From assembly GCF_009914755.1 (NCBI RefSeq), contig NC_060930.1: DNA of 64,000 nt; one strand, 5' to 3'. A model generated the notes under the pieces. That model saw nothing but the letters and a program-made list of their open reading frames with translations. It did no database searches and was not told the origin of the DNA. Source of the stretch: the human T2T-CHM13v2.0 reference genome, Homo sapiens. Shown in pieces: positions 1 through 12,355 of this stretch (its first letter is position 1; each line of letters opens with the position of its first letter). Position numbers and translations under genes: made by a program.

Positions 1-27
1 TGACTCATTGAATCACTCACGCACTGT

Positions 28-160
28 GAGTCATTCAATAAACATTTATATCTCAGGCAATACGGACAGAGAGATAGAAGATATAGATGCTGCTGTAAAG
101 TTTACAATTTAGTTGGAGACAGTCAGATAAACCACCCACTGTGTGAACAAAGTGATATCT
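28..160 (-). mobile_element. L2 3'-end fragment
   Basis: tcattcaataaacatttat...aggcaatac...gagatagaagat resembles the reverse-complement L2 tail; heavily diverged. Confidence 0.4.
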
Positions 161-374
161 GTCAAACACCAATTCTACTGTGTCTTTAAAAAAAGTTCAA
201 TTAAAAATAAATTTTGGAAAGAGTATGCACTACATACTTCTCCACAACTTGGGACTATATACAATCTTGTTTTGTGTATCAGTTTGCCTTTATTTCAGCC
301 AGCATTTCTTTTGGCAGTGTACTTTTAATTCCCTTTTATATAACAACTATTAGCAACCCATGACGTATTGGATA

Positions 375-830
375 GCTTCCCTTCCAGACTCACTCTGGAC
401 CCTTCTCTGTGCTATTCCAGGCTCAAGATACTGATCTTCGGGAACTTCATGCTGAGTGTCCCTGTGTTCGGTTCTTGATTGTGTTTGGCCCAAGAGGGAC
501 ATTTATAGGAGATGAGAGGGTGAGAGGAGACAGGGGTTGGGGCATTTGGTCCCTCAACTCCCTCCTCCAAATAGCCAGGTCACCACAGACTTGCTGCATC
601 CCTCCACTGAAGGCCACACTCCTTTCAGATGCCCTTTCTTATAGAGCTACCCTGTCTGGGTCCTTATAACTGTTTCCTCTCCTTATCCCTTCTATCTAAA
701 GCTGGCAATGTTCCTCATCTGTTGTGAGCTGTATGCTGCTTCACTATCCCTCTTTAGGAAACTGCCTACACATTTGTAAAAATCCTTTATTAAGCACTCC
801 TCAAAGTGCCAGTCTAGGATTCTCATTGTT
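375..830 (+). mobile_element. LTR33-like ERVL LTR
   Basis: cccttccagactcactctggacccttctc ... gctgcatccctccactgaaggccaca ... tttgtaaaaatcctttattaagcactcctcaaa follows the recalled LTR33 motif order. Confidence 0.65.
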
Positions 831-870
831 ATATATGGGGAACATGACTTGGGAACTGCTTGTATGGTAG

Positions 871-1459
<589 letters not shown>

Positions 1460-1781
1460 ATGGATTTCAAAGACGGGAAGAAGGCATGAGGCAAGGAGAC
1501 AAACCCAGATGTACATTTAATAATGAGTAATTAATACTTTATTGATTATGTTTTCCTTTATTTTATAATTCTAATGAACTGACGCCAATATTTTTAAAAA
1601 GCAAGATAATGATTTGAAGAGAGTTAGCCATGGCAGGGAAAGCATGAATGGAAAAGAGATTGTGCTGTTATAGTGACAGTGCCTGGAAACTCATTGAACC
1701 TGACAGTGTAGAAAGATGATGTGAGATAGGCAGGGAAAGACAGTAGTAAAAATCCAAAATTTAACGTACGGAAACAACCAT

Positions 1782-1868
1782 GTCTGTGGCCATTCCACTC
1801 TGAACACGCCGATACTGTCTGATCTCAGAGGCTAAGCACCGTCCAGCTTGGTTAGTATTTGGATGGGA
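1782..1868 (+). pseudogene. 5S rRNA pseudogene, 3'-truncated
   Basis: gtctgtggccattccactctgaacacgccgatactgtctgatctcagaggctaagcaccgtccagcttggttagtatttggatggga is colinear with the 5' ~87 nt of 5S rRNA (GTCTACGGCCATACCACCCTGAACGCGCC...TTGGATGGGA); the 3' ~30 nt are missing. Confidence 0.92.
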
Positions 1869-3084
1869 AGAAACATCTTCTTCCCCAATTCCTTTTTAGT
1901 TACCAATTATATCTATTACTTTTATGAATGTTAAGAGTCTACATTGAGATTAGATTAGCATGCAGGGGTATGACAATCTTTTAATGGAGAAGGTAACTTC
2001 TGGTATCTATAAACTGGAGAAAAAGTGATTCTTCTTACAAGAAATAAACTGCAGATGCAGGCACTAATAGACTGAAGCAATAACTCTATTTCCCTCTTTT
2101 GATCTTTGAAGTATCTATATCAAAAAAATCTTCTTGGTGGTGGGGATATACTACATGGAGATGGGCCAAAGACTACAAAGAGAGACTTAGGTAAAATCTT
2201 GTCTTTGTATGAGGATTCTACTTGAATTCAATAGGCCTGTGTCCCTAAAGAAAAAAAAATGTATTTATTGCAAACCAATTTAGCTTAAGTAAAGGTACAC
2301 ATTTTGGGGTTTTATTGGTTGTGGTTGTTCAGTTAAATTATACTTACTGTACTGGACACCATATACGCCAATCACTGTTATCAATTCTAGGAATGCACAA
2401 ATGAATAAAATATGGTCCCTGTCTTTTCTATTTTCTGTGAACTTTCTACTTACGTCACAATGGTGCAATGGGAAAAGAAGAAATGGATCATTTATTCAAC
2501 CCTTGATAAAAGAAAGACCCCTCCTAGTTAGCATGGTGGTAGCAGGGATAATCTGTAAGGAAACCTAAATCCAATGTGAACCTCTGAAGAAAGTGAGGAT
2601 GGTTAGAGTAATCTAGTCTTGCCTCCACATCAGGACATACTTGCCATGACCAGCCTGGGAGTGTCTATTTTTTTTCCCCATTAAAGAGGGTAGCATTTCC
2701 TTTTAGTTAATACTGAGATTCCCCCCTAGAAAGGTTCTAATAATTGTAGTGTAACAAAGTTAGTATCAGGTTAATATCCACTTTAATGGGAGAATTTCCA
2801 AAACTAATATTATCAGTTTTAATGATACCTTTTTGATTTACGAAATGTCTGTTATTCACATAGTTTTTGTTAGCAGTCAAAACCAACAAAAATATTTGAT
2901 GAACCCAGATAAATATTTGAGAAACTTGTATGCTATAACACTTCATTTTAAAAGATATGTATTTTGTCATCTCCAAGTTTTCTTTTTAAAATTGTTATTC
3001 CAACCCTTCTTCCCCTCAATTTACCAGCATCACTAAATGCCCACCTTATTTCCCAGTAGTTTATGTGTTCTCTCATATTTTAAA

Positions 3085-4222
3085 AAGGTTTCTTGAGGTA
3101 TAATTTACATATTATAAAATTATTTATTTATTTATTTAATTCATTTTTAAATGTGGTTTAGCTGTTCCGCAGGACCATTCTGATGTTCTCTATGTAATTC
3201 CATTTTTGCTATATTTGGTTTCAGTGAAAATTTAAGGTTTTGAAAAAGTGAAGTGGCTCATAAAGAGTCATGCTTTATTCTGGTAGTGTATTCAGGTGTA
3301 CACCCATTTTAAGTGTACAGTTCAATGAAATTTAGTAAATTTTTATAATTGTGCAACCATCACCACAATCCAGTTATATAACATTTCAGTTACCAAGAAG
3401 TTTCCCTCATGCCCCTTTGCAGTTAATTCTTGCTCCCGCTGCAGCCCTAACAACAGCCACTAATTTTTCTGTCTCTATAATTTTGCCTTTTCTAGAAATT
3501 TTGTATAAAAGGAACCATACAATATGTAGTCTTTTGTGTCTAATTATATTTGTATGTTTTTGAACTATTAACTTGCCACATGTATTAGTACTTTGTTCCT
3601 TTTATTGATGAGTAGCATTCCACATTTGGATATATTTTGTTTATTCAGTCATCAGTTGATAGATGTTTGGATTATTTCTAGCATTTGCCTATTATGAATT
3701 GTTCTGAACAAGCGATTATGAATAATGATTTCTCACACACAAGTGTTATGTAAACATATGTTTTTATTTCTCTTGGGTAGATACCTAGGACTAAAATTTC
3801 TGGGTTATATGATAAGTATATTCTTAACTTTTAAAGAAACTACCAAGCTACCACTTTTCCAATGTGTACGTATCATTGTGCATTGCCACCAGCAATGTAA
3901 AATGGTTTTTCTACACTCTTACCAACACTTGATATTGTTAGTTGTTTTGATTATAATCACTCTAGTTGGTGTGTTGTGGTATCATCTTGTTCAATATCCA
4001 TTTTCCCAATGGTTACTTATGTTGAACATATTTTTATACGCTTTTGCATATCTTTTTCAATGAAATATCCACATCTTTTGCTCATTTTTATATTGGGTTA
4101 TTGTCCTCTTGGATTGTAAAAGTTCTTTTTTTATTCCAAATACAAGCCCTTTCCTAGATATGATTGGCATATATTTTTTCCCAGCCTGAGGCTTGTCTTT
4201 GCTTTATCTTAATGGTGTCCTT
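3085..4222 (-). mobile_element. L1MB/L1MA-type LINE-1 3' end, interrupted at 3121-3300
   Basis: ttgaggtataatttacat...cacccattttaagtgtacagttcaatg...caaccatcaccacaatc; antisense ORF2 C-terminal motifs (cttgggtagatacctagga). Confidence 0.85.
3143..3286 (+). repeat. Local duplication, copy 2 (inserted into the L1)
   Basis: Matches 1319-1459 with 3 substitutions and one 3-nt indel. Confidence 0.95.
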
Positions 4223-4229
4223 AAAAGCC

Positions 4230-5010
4230 ATGCTTGTGTAAACATATGTATCCACAAACATAAACACTGTAGGAGTTTTATTTTGTTTTTTTATCTTATT
4301 AAAATGGAACTGACTCTATATACTTTTCAGCATCTTGATTTTCTCATTCAACATTACCTCATAGAAATTCACCCATTAGTTTCAATTTATTATTTTTAAT
4401 GACTGCATACTATTTCATGGTATGCATTCCCCCACTGATGAGCATTCAATTTGTTTCTAGGTTTATTCCACACCCCCAACAGCCAGTAAAACAATAACCA
4501 CATTTGTACCCATTTATAGATCCTTAAGTACGGGTGCTTTTTATTTCTGTAGTTTCAAGTCCAGGAGTAAAATTTTTGGCTCAAAGGCTTATATGGTTTT
4601 ATTTTGATTTATGTTGCCAGATGGCTTTCTGAAACGTATGTGATAATTCACTTTTCTCCCAAATGTGTGGGCATCCTTTCTCCCATATCCACTTAAGTCA
4701 GGGAGCTGTCCATTTTCAAAGGTTGTTCAGTTAAATTGTTCAGTTAAATGTGACTGGGCATTTGCATTCCTATCATGACTAGCAAATTTGGGCATTTTCA
4801 CGTGTTTGCTAGTTGACTGAATTTGCTCAATTGTTAACTTCAGTTTAACCCTTTATAAATTTTTCCTTTGGGTGTTTTGTCTTTTTTTTTTAGAATATAA
4901 ATATATTTGGAATTGTAGATATTGGGTTTTGTCATTTGAATTGCAAATATTTCTTCCAGTTGTATTGTTTGACTATTGGTTTTGCTTTTGATCTCCCTTG
5001 CTACAAGAAT
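4230..5010 (-). mobile_element. Old L1M(E) fragment
   Basis: Degenerate antisense L1 3' motifs (gactgcatactatttcatggtatg; gaattgcaaatatttcttccagttg). Confidence 0.45.
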
Positions 5011-5139
5011 TTTTAAATTTTATTATTCCTAGTCTTGAAATATTTGTAATATCATTACTATATATTTTCTAATTCTTTAAGGTGGGTACTAGATTCCTTT
5101 ATTTTTGTCTTTCTCCTTTAATAAAGGAGTAGTGTCCTG

Positions 5140-5651
5140 GAAGTGATAACATCCCAGTATCAAACACCTAGAGTCCAGATCTTGGTTTCTGAAGGTCATT
5201 TACTTCTAAAAAGAACCAAGAGTGCTTGGAGAAATGGCTGATTACAGGTTGTGGCCAAGAAAAAACAATCAGATCTGAATTATTTTGTGGCGTTAGAAAC
5301 AAGGAAGTACTCAGAGACTAATGGAGGGAGTCATGTTAAAAGGACTCAGAAATCACATTCAAGGAGCCACTGCTGGTCTACTCTGGAAAAAATTTGAATA
5401 CCAAAAATAGAGAATAAATAACAATGATGGTAAAGGATCACAAAACATTTGAATAAACAAAAAAAAATCTTGAGTCAGCAGAGATATTCCAAAAAAATGA
5501 GAGACTAATAAATGTAGGGAAAACATGTATATTTAAGAATCACTATTGCAGCTCCAGTATAACATTTGATTAGGCAAGAACATGGACAGAGGCTAAAATT
5601 TTGGCCATTAGATTGTTGGGGAACACGGTAGTCTCACAAGGATACAATGTT
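5140..5651 (+). mobile_element. L1MC-type 3' region, left part (split by THE1)
   Basis: cagatcttggtttctg...aaaagaaccaagagtgcttggagaaatggctgatt is typical of the L1MC 3' UTR. Confidence 0.65.
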
Positions 5652-7929
5652 TGATAAGGTTTGGCTGTGTGCCCACCCAAATCTCATCTTGAATTGTAAT
5701 TCCAAATGTTGTGGGAGGGACTGGATGGGGGTAATTGAATCATGGGGGCGGTTTCTCCTATGCTGTTCTTGTGATAGTGAGTGAGTTCTTATGAGATCTG
5801 ATGGTTTTATAAATATCTTGCATTTCTCCTGCTATCATTTATTCTCTCTCCTGCTGCCCTGTGAAGAGGTGCCTTCCACCATGACTGTAAGTTTCCTGAG
5901 GCCTCTCCAGCCATGTGGAACTGTGAGTCAATTAAACCTCTATTATTGATAAATCATCCAGTCTCAGGTATTTCATCATAGCAGCATGAGAACAGACTAA
6001 TGCAGTAAATTGGCACCACAGAGAGTGATGTGCTGCTATAAGGGTACTCGAAAATGTGGAAGTGGCTTTGGAACTGAGTAGCAGGCAGAGGTTGAAACAG
6101 TTGGGAGGACTCAGAAAAAGAAAGGAAAATATGGGAAAGTTTGGAACTTCCTGGAGACTTGGAGGGCTCAGAAGACAGGAATATGTGGGAAAATTTGGAA
6201 CTTCCTAGAGACTTGTTGAATGGCTTTGACCAAAATGCTGATAGTGATATGGACAATGAAGACCAGGCTGAAGTGGTCTCAGATGGAGATGAGGAACTTA
6301 TTGGGAATTGGAGTAAAGGTCACTCTTGCTATGCTTTAGCAAAGAGACTGGCGACATTTTGCCCTAGAAATCTGTGGAACATTGAACTTGAGAGATGGTT
6401 TAGGGTATCTGACAGAAGGAATTTCTAAGCAGCAAACCATTCAAGAAGAAGCAGAGCTTAAATGTTTGGAAAATTTGCAGACTTATGATGCAATAGAAAA
6501 GAAAAACCCATTTTCTGGGAATTCAAGCCTGCTGCAGAAATTTTCATAAATAACAAGGAGCCAAATGTTAATCACCAAGACAATGAGGAAAATGTCAGAG
6601 ACCTTCACAGCAGCCCCTCGCTTCACAGACCCAGAGGCCTAGGAGAGAAAAAGTGTTTTGTGGGCCAGGCCCAAGCGCCCCCCAGCCCTGCCCCCCGGCA
6701 GCCTTGGGACATGGTGCCCAGTATCCCAGCTGCGTCAGCTCCAGCCTTGGTTAAAAGGAGCCAAGGTACAGCTTGGGCCATTTCTTCAGGGGTACTAGCC
6801 CCGTGACTTGGCAGCTTACATGTGGTGTTGGGCCTACGGGTGCACAGAAGTCAAGAATTGAGGTTTAGGAACCTCCACCTAGATTTCAGAGGATGTACAG
6901 AAACCCCTGGATGTGCAGGCAGAAGTGTGCTGCAGCGGTAGAGCCCTCATGGAGAACCTCTGTTGGACAATACGAAAGGGAAATGTGGGGTTGGAGCCTC
7001 CACACAGAGTCCCCAGTGGGGCACTGCCTAGTGGAGCTATGAGAATTGGGACACAATTCTCCAGACCCTAGAATGGTAGATCTACTGGCAGCTTGCACCA
7101 TGTGCCTGGAAAAGTCACAGACACTCAATGCCAGCCTGTGAAAGCAGCCAGGAGGGGGCGGTACCCTGCAAAGCCACAGGGGCAGAGCTGCCTAAGGCTG
7201 TGGGAACTCATCTCTTGCATCAGCGTGACCTGGATATGAGACATGGAGTCAAAGGAAATCATTTTGGAACTTTAAGGTTTAATGACTGTCCTATTGGATT
7301 TGACTTGCATGGGGCCTCTAGCTCTTTGGCTTTGGCCAATTTCTCATTTGGAATGGATGTATTTACCCAATGGCTCTACCCCATTGCATCTAGGAAGTAA
7401 CTAACTTTCTTTTTATTTTGCAGGCTCATAGGTGGAAGGGATTTGCCTTGTCTCAGATGAGACTTTGAACTTGGACTTTTGGGTTAATGCTAGAATGAGT
7501 TAAAACTTTGGGGAACCTTTAGGAAGGCATGGTTGTGTTTTAAAACATGAGGACATGTGATTTGGGAGGGGCCAGAAGTGGAATGATATGGTTTGGGTGT
7601 GTCCTCACCCAAATCTAATCTTGAATTGTAATCCCACGTGTCATGGGAGGGACCCAGTGGGAGGTAATTGAATCATGGGGGTGGTTTCCTCCATGCTGTT
7701 CTTGTAAGAGTGAGTTCTCATGAGATCTAATGGTTTTATGTGTCTGGCATTTCCCTTGCTGGCATTCTCTCTCTCCTGCCACCCTGTGAAGAGGTGCCTT
7801 CCTCCATGATTGTAAGTTTCCTGAGGCCTCTCCAGCCATACAGAAGTACGAGTCAATTAAACCATTTTTCTTTATAAATTACGCAGTTTCAGGTATTTCT
7901 TCATAGCAGTGTGAGAACAGACTAATACA
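5652..7929 (+). mobile_element. Full-length THE1 (THE1C/D-type) MaLR: 5' LTR 5652-6004, internal 6005-7583, 3' LTR 7584-7929
   Basis: Both LTRs run tgat..ggtttgg..gtgt to gagaacagactaat(g/a)ca; internal region starts gtaaattggcacca and ends in a purine-rich tract (gggaggggccagaagtggaa); TSD atgtt/gtgtt. Confidence 0.95.
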
Positions 7930-8720
7930 GTGTTACTTCATAAATTGCTTACTAATCGAAAAGGGGAAAATGTATTAATACCTTTAAGATAGAAAGATCT
8001 GGCAAGTAGACAAACTTAACGTTGCAAGTAATAGAACATAATATTTTGTTTCTCCTCTGCTATGCAGTATAAAGTACCTAAATCATTACCAACAAACTAT
8101 GCTTACCAAAAATGTTTATTCTAAATAAAGCATCTACTGTGGTTCTCATTTATATAGTAAGTATAGGAATTAGAGAAACAAATGAAGTAGCACCATTATG
8201 CATCAATCAGACAAATCCATGATTTGGGACATTCTCTAAGTCAACTAATTTGGCTCTTTTAGAAAGTGAAAGTCAAGAGAAAATAAAAATGTAGGAGGCA
8301 TGGCATGGTGGCTCACACCTGTAATCCCAGCACTTAGGGAGGCAGAGGTGGGTGGATCACTTAAGGCCGGGAGTTTCAGATCAACCTGGGCAACATAGTG
8401 AGAACTCGTTCTCTTAAACAACAACAACAATAAACTCTTGCCAGCAGAGGTGTGCTATTAAAAAAAAAAAAGTAAGAGAACTATCTTGATTAAAAATGAT
8501 TTCAGAGAAATAATCTTTATTGCAATATGAGAATTTTTCTTTGAATACTGAAGTTGTTTTTAAAGATATAAAATTTATTTTGATGAAAATTGAGGAAACT
8601 TTAATATGGACTGAATTAGATGACATGAAATTATTATTAATTTTTAACAATTGTGATAATGGTATTGTACTTATGTAGAAGCATGCCCTTATTAGGATAT
8701 GTGTGCTGAATGTAGGCTTT
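7930..8720 (+). mobile_element. L1MC-type 3' region, right part (contains a FLAM)
   Basis: Continues the host after THE1; ...aatatggactgaattagatgacatg...tgtgataatggtattgt... Confidence 0.6.
8297..8431 (+). mobile_element. FLAM_C / Alu left monomer
   Basis: ggcatggtggctcacacctgtaatcccagcac...ctgggcaacatagtgagaactcgttctc plus (CAA)n tail. Confidence 0.85.
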
Positions 8721-9114
8721 AATTGCTGCAAAAGTCTTCCTCATGTAAAGTCAAAATTTTTTAGGTACTAACTATTGGTCTTCGTTCCGCCAACTGGAGT
8801 TAAAAGCATCAGTTGATACTGTCACAAGAAAATTATCTTCTTTGTATTAGTAAAATAATTAAAATTAAAATGTATATATACAAGGCAGAGAATTACAAAA
8901 TTTGGGTATCAATACTACTATATTAATTTTATGCTACTATAGTATATGCCCTTTTAGATGTTTAATATCTGCTAACAGATATGTTTAGGTAGAAATGATG
9001 TATATCAGGTATTTCTCACCATTTAGATGCCATGAAGTTGCTGTGAATTAAATAAACATTTGTTTGGTAAACTGCAGTAACCTATTTTAAAGTGTTCTTT
9101 AAAAGGTATGTATA

Positions 9115-9405
9115 GGCCAGGCGTGATGGCTCACACCTATAATCCCAGCACTTTGGGAGGCTGAGGTGGGCAGATGACGAGGTCAGGAGATTGAGACCAT
9201 CCTGGCTAACACAGTGAAACTGCGTCTCTATTAAAAATACAAAAAATTAGCTGGGCGTGGTGGTGGGTGCCTGTAGTCCTAGCTACTCGGGAGGCTGAGG
9301 CAGGAGAATGGTGTGAACCCAGCAGGCGGAGCTTGCAGTGAGCTGAGACCGCACCACTGCCCTCCAGCCTGGGCGACAGAACAAGACTCCGTCTTAAAAA
9401 AAAAA
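9115..9405 (+). mobile_element. AluY
   Basis: Diagnostic accatcctggctaacac, gagaatggtgtgaaccc, gcggagcttgcag; 14-bp TSD aaaaggtatgtata (9101-9114 / 9402-9415). Confidence 0.96.
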
Positions 9406-9568
9406 GGTATGTATATATACATACATGCACAGACACATATATATTTGTGTATCTTTTTTAAGATTATATCTATTTTATATGATGATTATATATTATGTGA
9501 TATATTATTATACAATAATATATTCTATAAAACTATTTTTTCTTCAATTTATTAAAATATTATTTTCA

Positions 9569-9670
9569 TGTAATCCTGGCACTTTGGCAAGCTGAGGTGG
9601 AAGGATTGCTTCAGCTCAGGAGTTTGAGACCAGCCTAGGAAACATAAAACCCAACTCATAAAAATTAAAA
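9569..9670 (+). mobile_element. FLAM/AluJ monomer fragment
   Basis: tgtaatcctggcactttggcaagctgaggtggaaggattgcttcagctcaggagtttgagaccagcc. Confidence 0.8.
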
Positions 9671-10464
9671 ATATGTATACTTTTCGGTTTTATACTTGAC
9701 AGGCTTTACAAGAATTTCAAGGAGATATAAAAATAATGCAAATTGTCTGGAAGAACTCGCCTCTCCTCTCCTTACTCCACCCTGCTATTGGGAAAAAGAT
9801 TAACTGATGGTGAGTGGTGAGTCTATAATACCATCACTCCATGTTCCTGGATGTTAAAAGTCACTCACACATGTGACTTCTGTCTTTACAACACATGAAG
9901 TAGGTAAGGCCAGAATTCTGCTTCCAGCTAACTGGGAGAGGTAGTCTGTTCCCAAAGACTTAAAATATCCTCAGGTCAGGAGTTTCAAAGTCTACACTTA
10001 GAGGGAAGAACCAGGAAGTCCGTAAAGTCATAGGTTTCAACCGCATCCTTCAATTTAGTATTTCTAACAACAATGCTGGTATTTTGATATCCATCTCTTT
10101 AATACCTGCTTCTATTTCCAACTTGTTTAGAACTTGAAGAGGGAGATAAGGTTTAATTTTGTGCCTTCCCCAAGCCCAGCATTTAGGGATGCAGAGATAT
10201 TATGTATTTTAAGCATGTGCTGTAGTAGCCAATGGGAATCCAGAATGTTGTTGTTTATTTGCATTTTAATTTACTACAGAATTGTTGATTTTAGGCCCTT
10301 TGATCCAATGCTAATTTAAATCATTTTCAATAGAACATTGTTTATTTCCCTTCATGCTTTATAACTCTAAATAATAAAAAATACCATCTTTCACTTTAAA
10401 GTCCATATTCTCCAGGCATTATTTTTGAGCTTCACATAGGCTTAGAAGAAAAACTGATCAACAG

Positions 10465-10680
10465 TAGTGATGTGGTGGTTGTGGAAGCAGTTGCATAGCT
10501 TAGATAGCTCAGGTTTTAAATCTCACCTTTGCCTTATGTTAACTGTGTGAACAGGTTAAAATTACTTTGATCTCTCTACACCTGTTTCCTTGTATGTAAA
10601 ATGAGAGTAACAAAAGAGTAGCTGGGAAGATTAGTGAGCTAAGACATGCACAGTGATTACCATGTCTCCTGCCATATACG
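10465..10680 (+). mobile_element. MIR
   Basis: Core-like tctctacacctgtttccttgtatgtaaaatgagagtaa. Confidence 0.65.
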
Positions 10681-11154
10681 CCTCAAAAATTTAGCTCTTA
10701 TTATACTTGTTTGGTTCATAGTAGGTGAAGTGTTTGGTAGAAAAATTGGGAATTCATTCCTTTCTTGATTAGAGTGAATGACAATCCATTTGCAGAAAGC
10801 TGCAGAAAGACCGCTCCAGAAATAGAATGAGGCAACCGCTCTGGAGAATTGAAAACTAACGGGAGCTACGCTCCACAAAAGATAAGGAAATAAAAATGCC
10901 AGGAACAATATTCTGAGAAGAAGGGAAAACAAAAGAACAGAAAAATTATCAGTTATATAGCGGGGAAAAATCTGAAAGGAAAAAATCTCAAGAGAAGGGG
11001 ACTAAAGAAGTATAAAGCTGATTATTCTATATTGATCGACCCATCAATGTGCTAATCAAGCAGTAAGCAGAAGGTTGCAGGATGGAAGTATGGATTCTTC
11101 CTGACCATTCGTTACGCAGTAGATGCTTTCTCTACTTAATGACAACAGCAATAG

Positions 11155-11617
<463 letters not shown>

Positions 11618-12020
11618 TGGAGTTTGTATTTTCTTAATTCTTTTGGTTGGTACTTTGCAGATTTGGGGAGCAACAATTGGTGAGAAAAACAATAGTATTA
11701 ACATATGTGAAAATTCAGCTGCTACCTTTTTTATGTAAAAATAATTCAGCTTTTCAATTATATGCTTTCAGGTATAATCTGTTGTTTCTATAGCATCATT
11801 AGTGGCAGTATTTAAAAGTCTCTAAGCCTGACAGTTCACTTCGACAGATGCAAAGAACAATAAGCACTGATTTTCAATAAGCTAATAAGAAGTAGTTTAA
11901 GAAATAAATTGGCTTAATTTGAGTTTACAATAATCTAAAATTTTGCAAAGATTTATTTATTTACATATCACAGTGTGCTTTTGAATTAGATGTTTCTTAG
12001 ACTAATATGCTTATTTTCAG

Positions 12021-12355
12021 AGGATTACAAGGATGCAGTAGACAGCATTCCATTTGATGTACATAGCTGCGAATACATTTAACATTGAAAGTTTCAAGCA
12101 CTTTCTTTTAGAATTTGGATTTTTCATTTCAGTCTTTCTAGCAAGATAACTTAGAGATATGTATGAGATATAAAGTAAATGACAAAATAGAATGCTATAT
12201 GGAGGAAAATTTGATGAAAATATAATTGATTGAGAGATTTTTGTTGAACAAATGAAACCAACGATTTTTTCCCCATCAGAAACTAATTGCATTTCTTTCT
12301 TATTTCCTTGGAGACACATGTGGAATAAAATGTAATAAATACTGTACTTGTGTGT
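12021..12355 (+). other. Candidate terminal exon of an unidentified transcript
   Basis: actaat branch-like motif, cttattttcag acceptor ending 12020, tandem AATAAA at 12324 and 12334, then a GT-rich tract; all three frames stop within 21 codons. Confidence 0.35.

Noticed and set aside
2833-3036. ORF with a YHS-like phrase (FVSSQNQQKYLMNPDKYL)
   Set aside because: No convincing flanking splice sites and no further similarity; probably chance
2323-4749. Shared 17-mer ggttgttcagttaaatt at ~2323 and ~4721
   Set aside because: An isolated match of this length is expected by chance in 64 kb of AT-rich DNA
6141-7400. Acidic ORFs in 6141-7400 (…DSDMDNEDQAEVVSDGDEEL…)
   Set aside because: Broken remnants of the THE1 internal ORF; the short internal repeat near 6100-6210 also appears to be an element feature
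12017-12319. 100-aa minus-strand ORF over the candidate terminal exon
   Set aside because: No recognisable homology; I/S/F/L/K-rich composition is typical of AT-rich non-coding DNA
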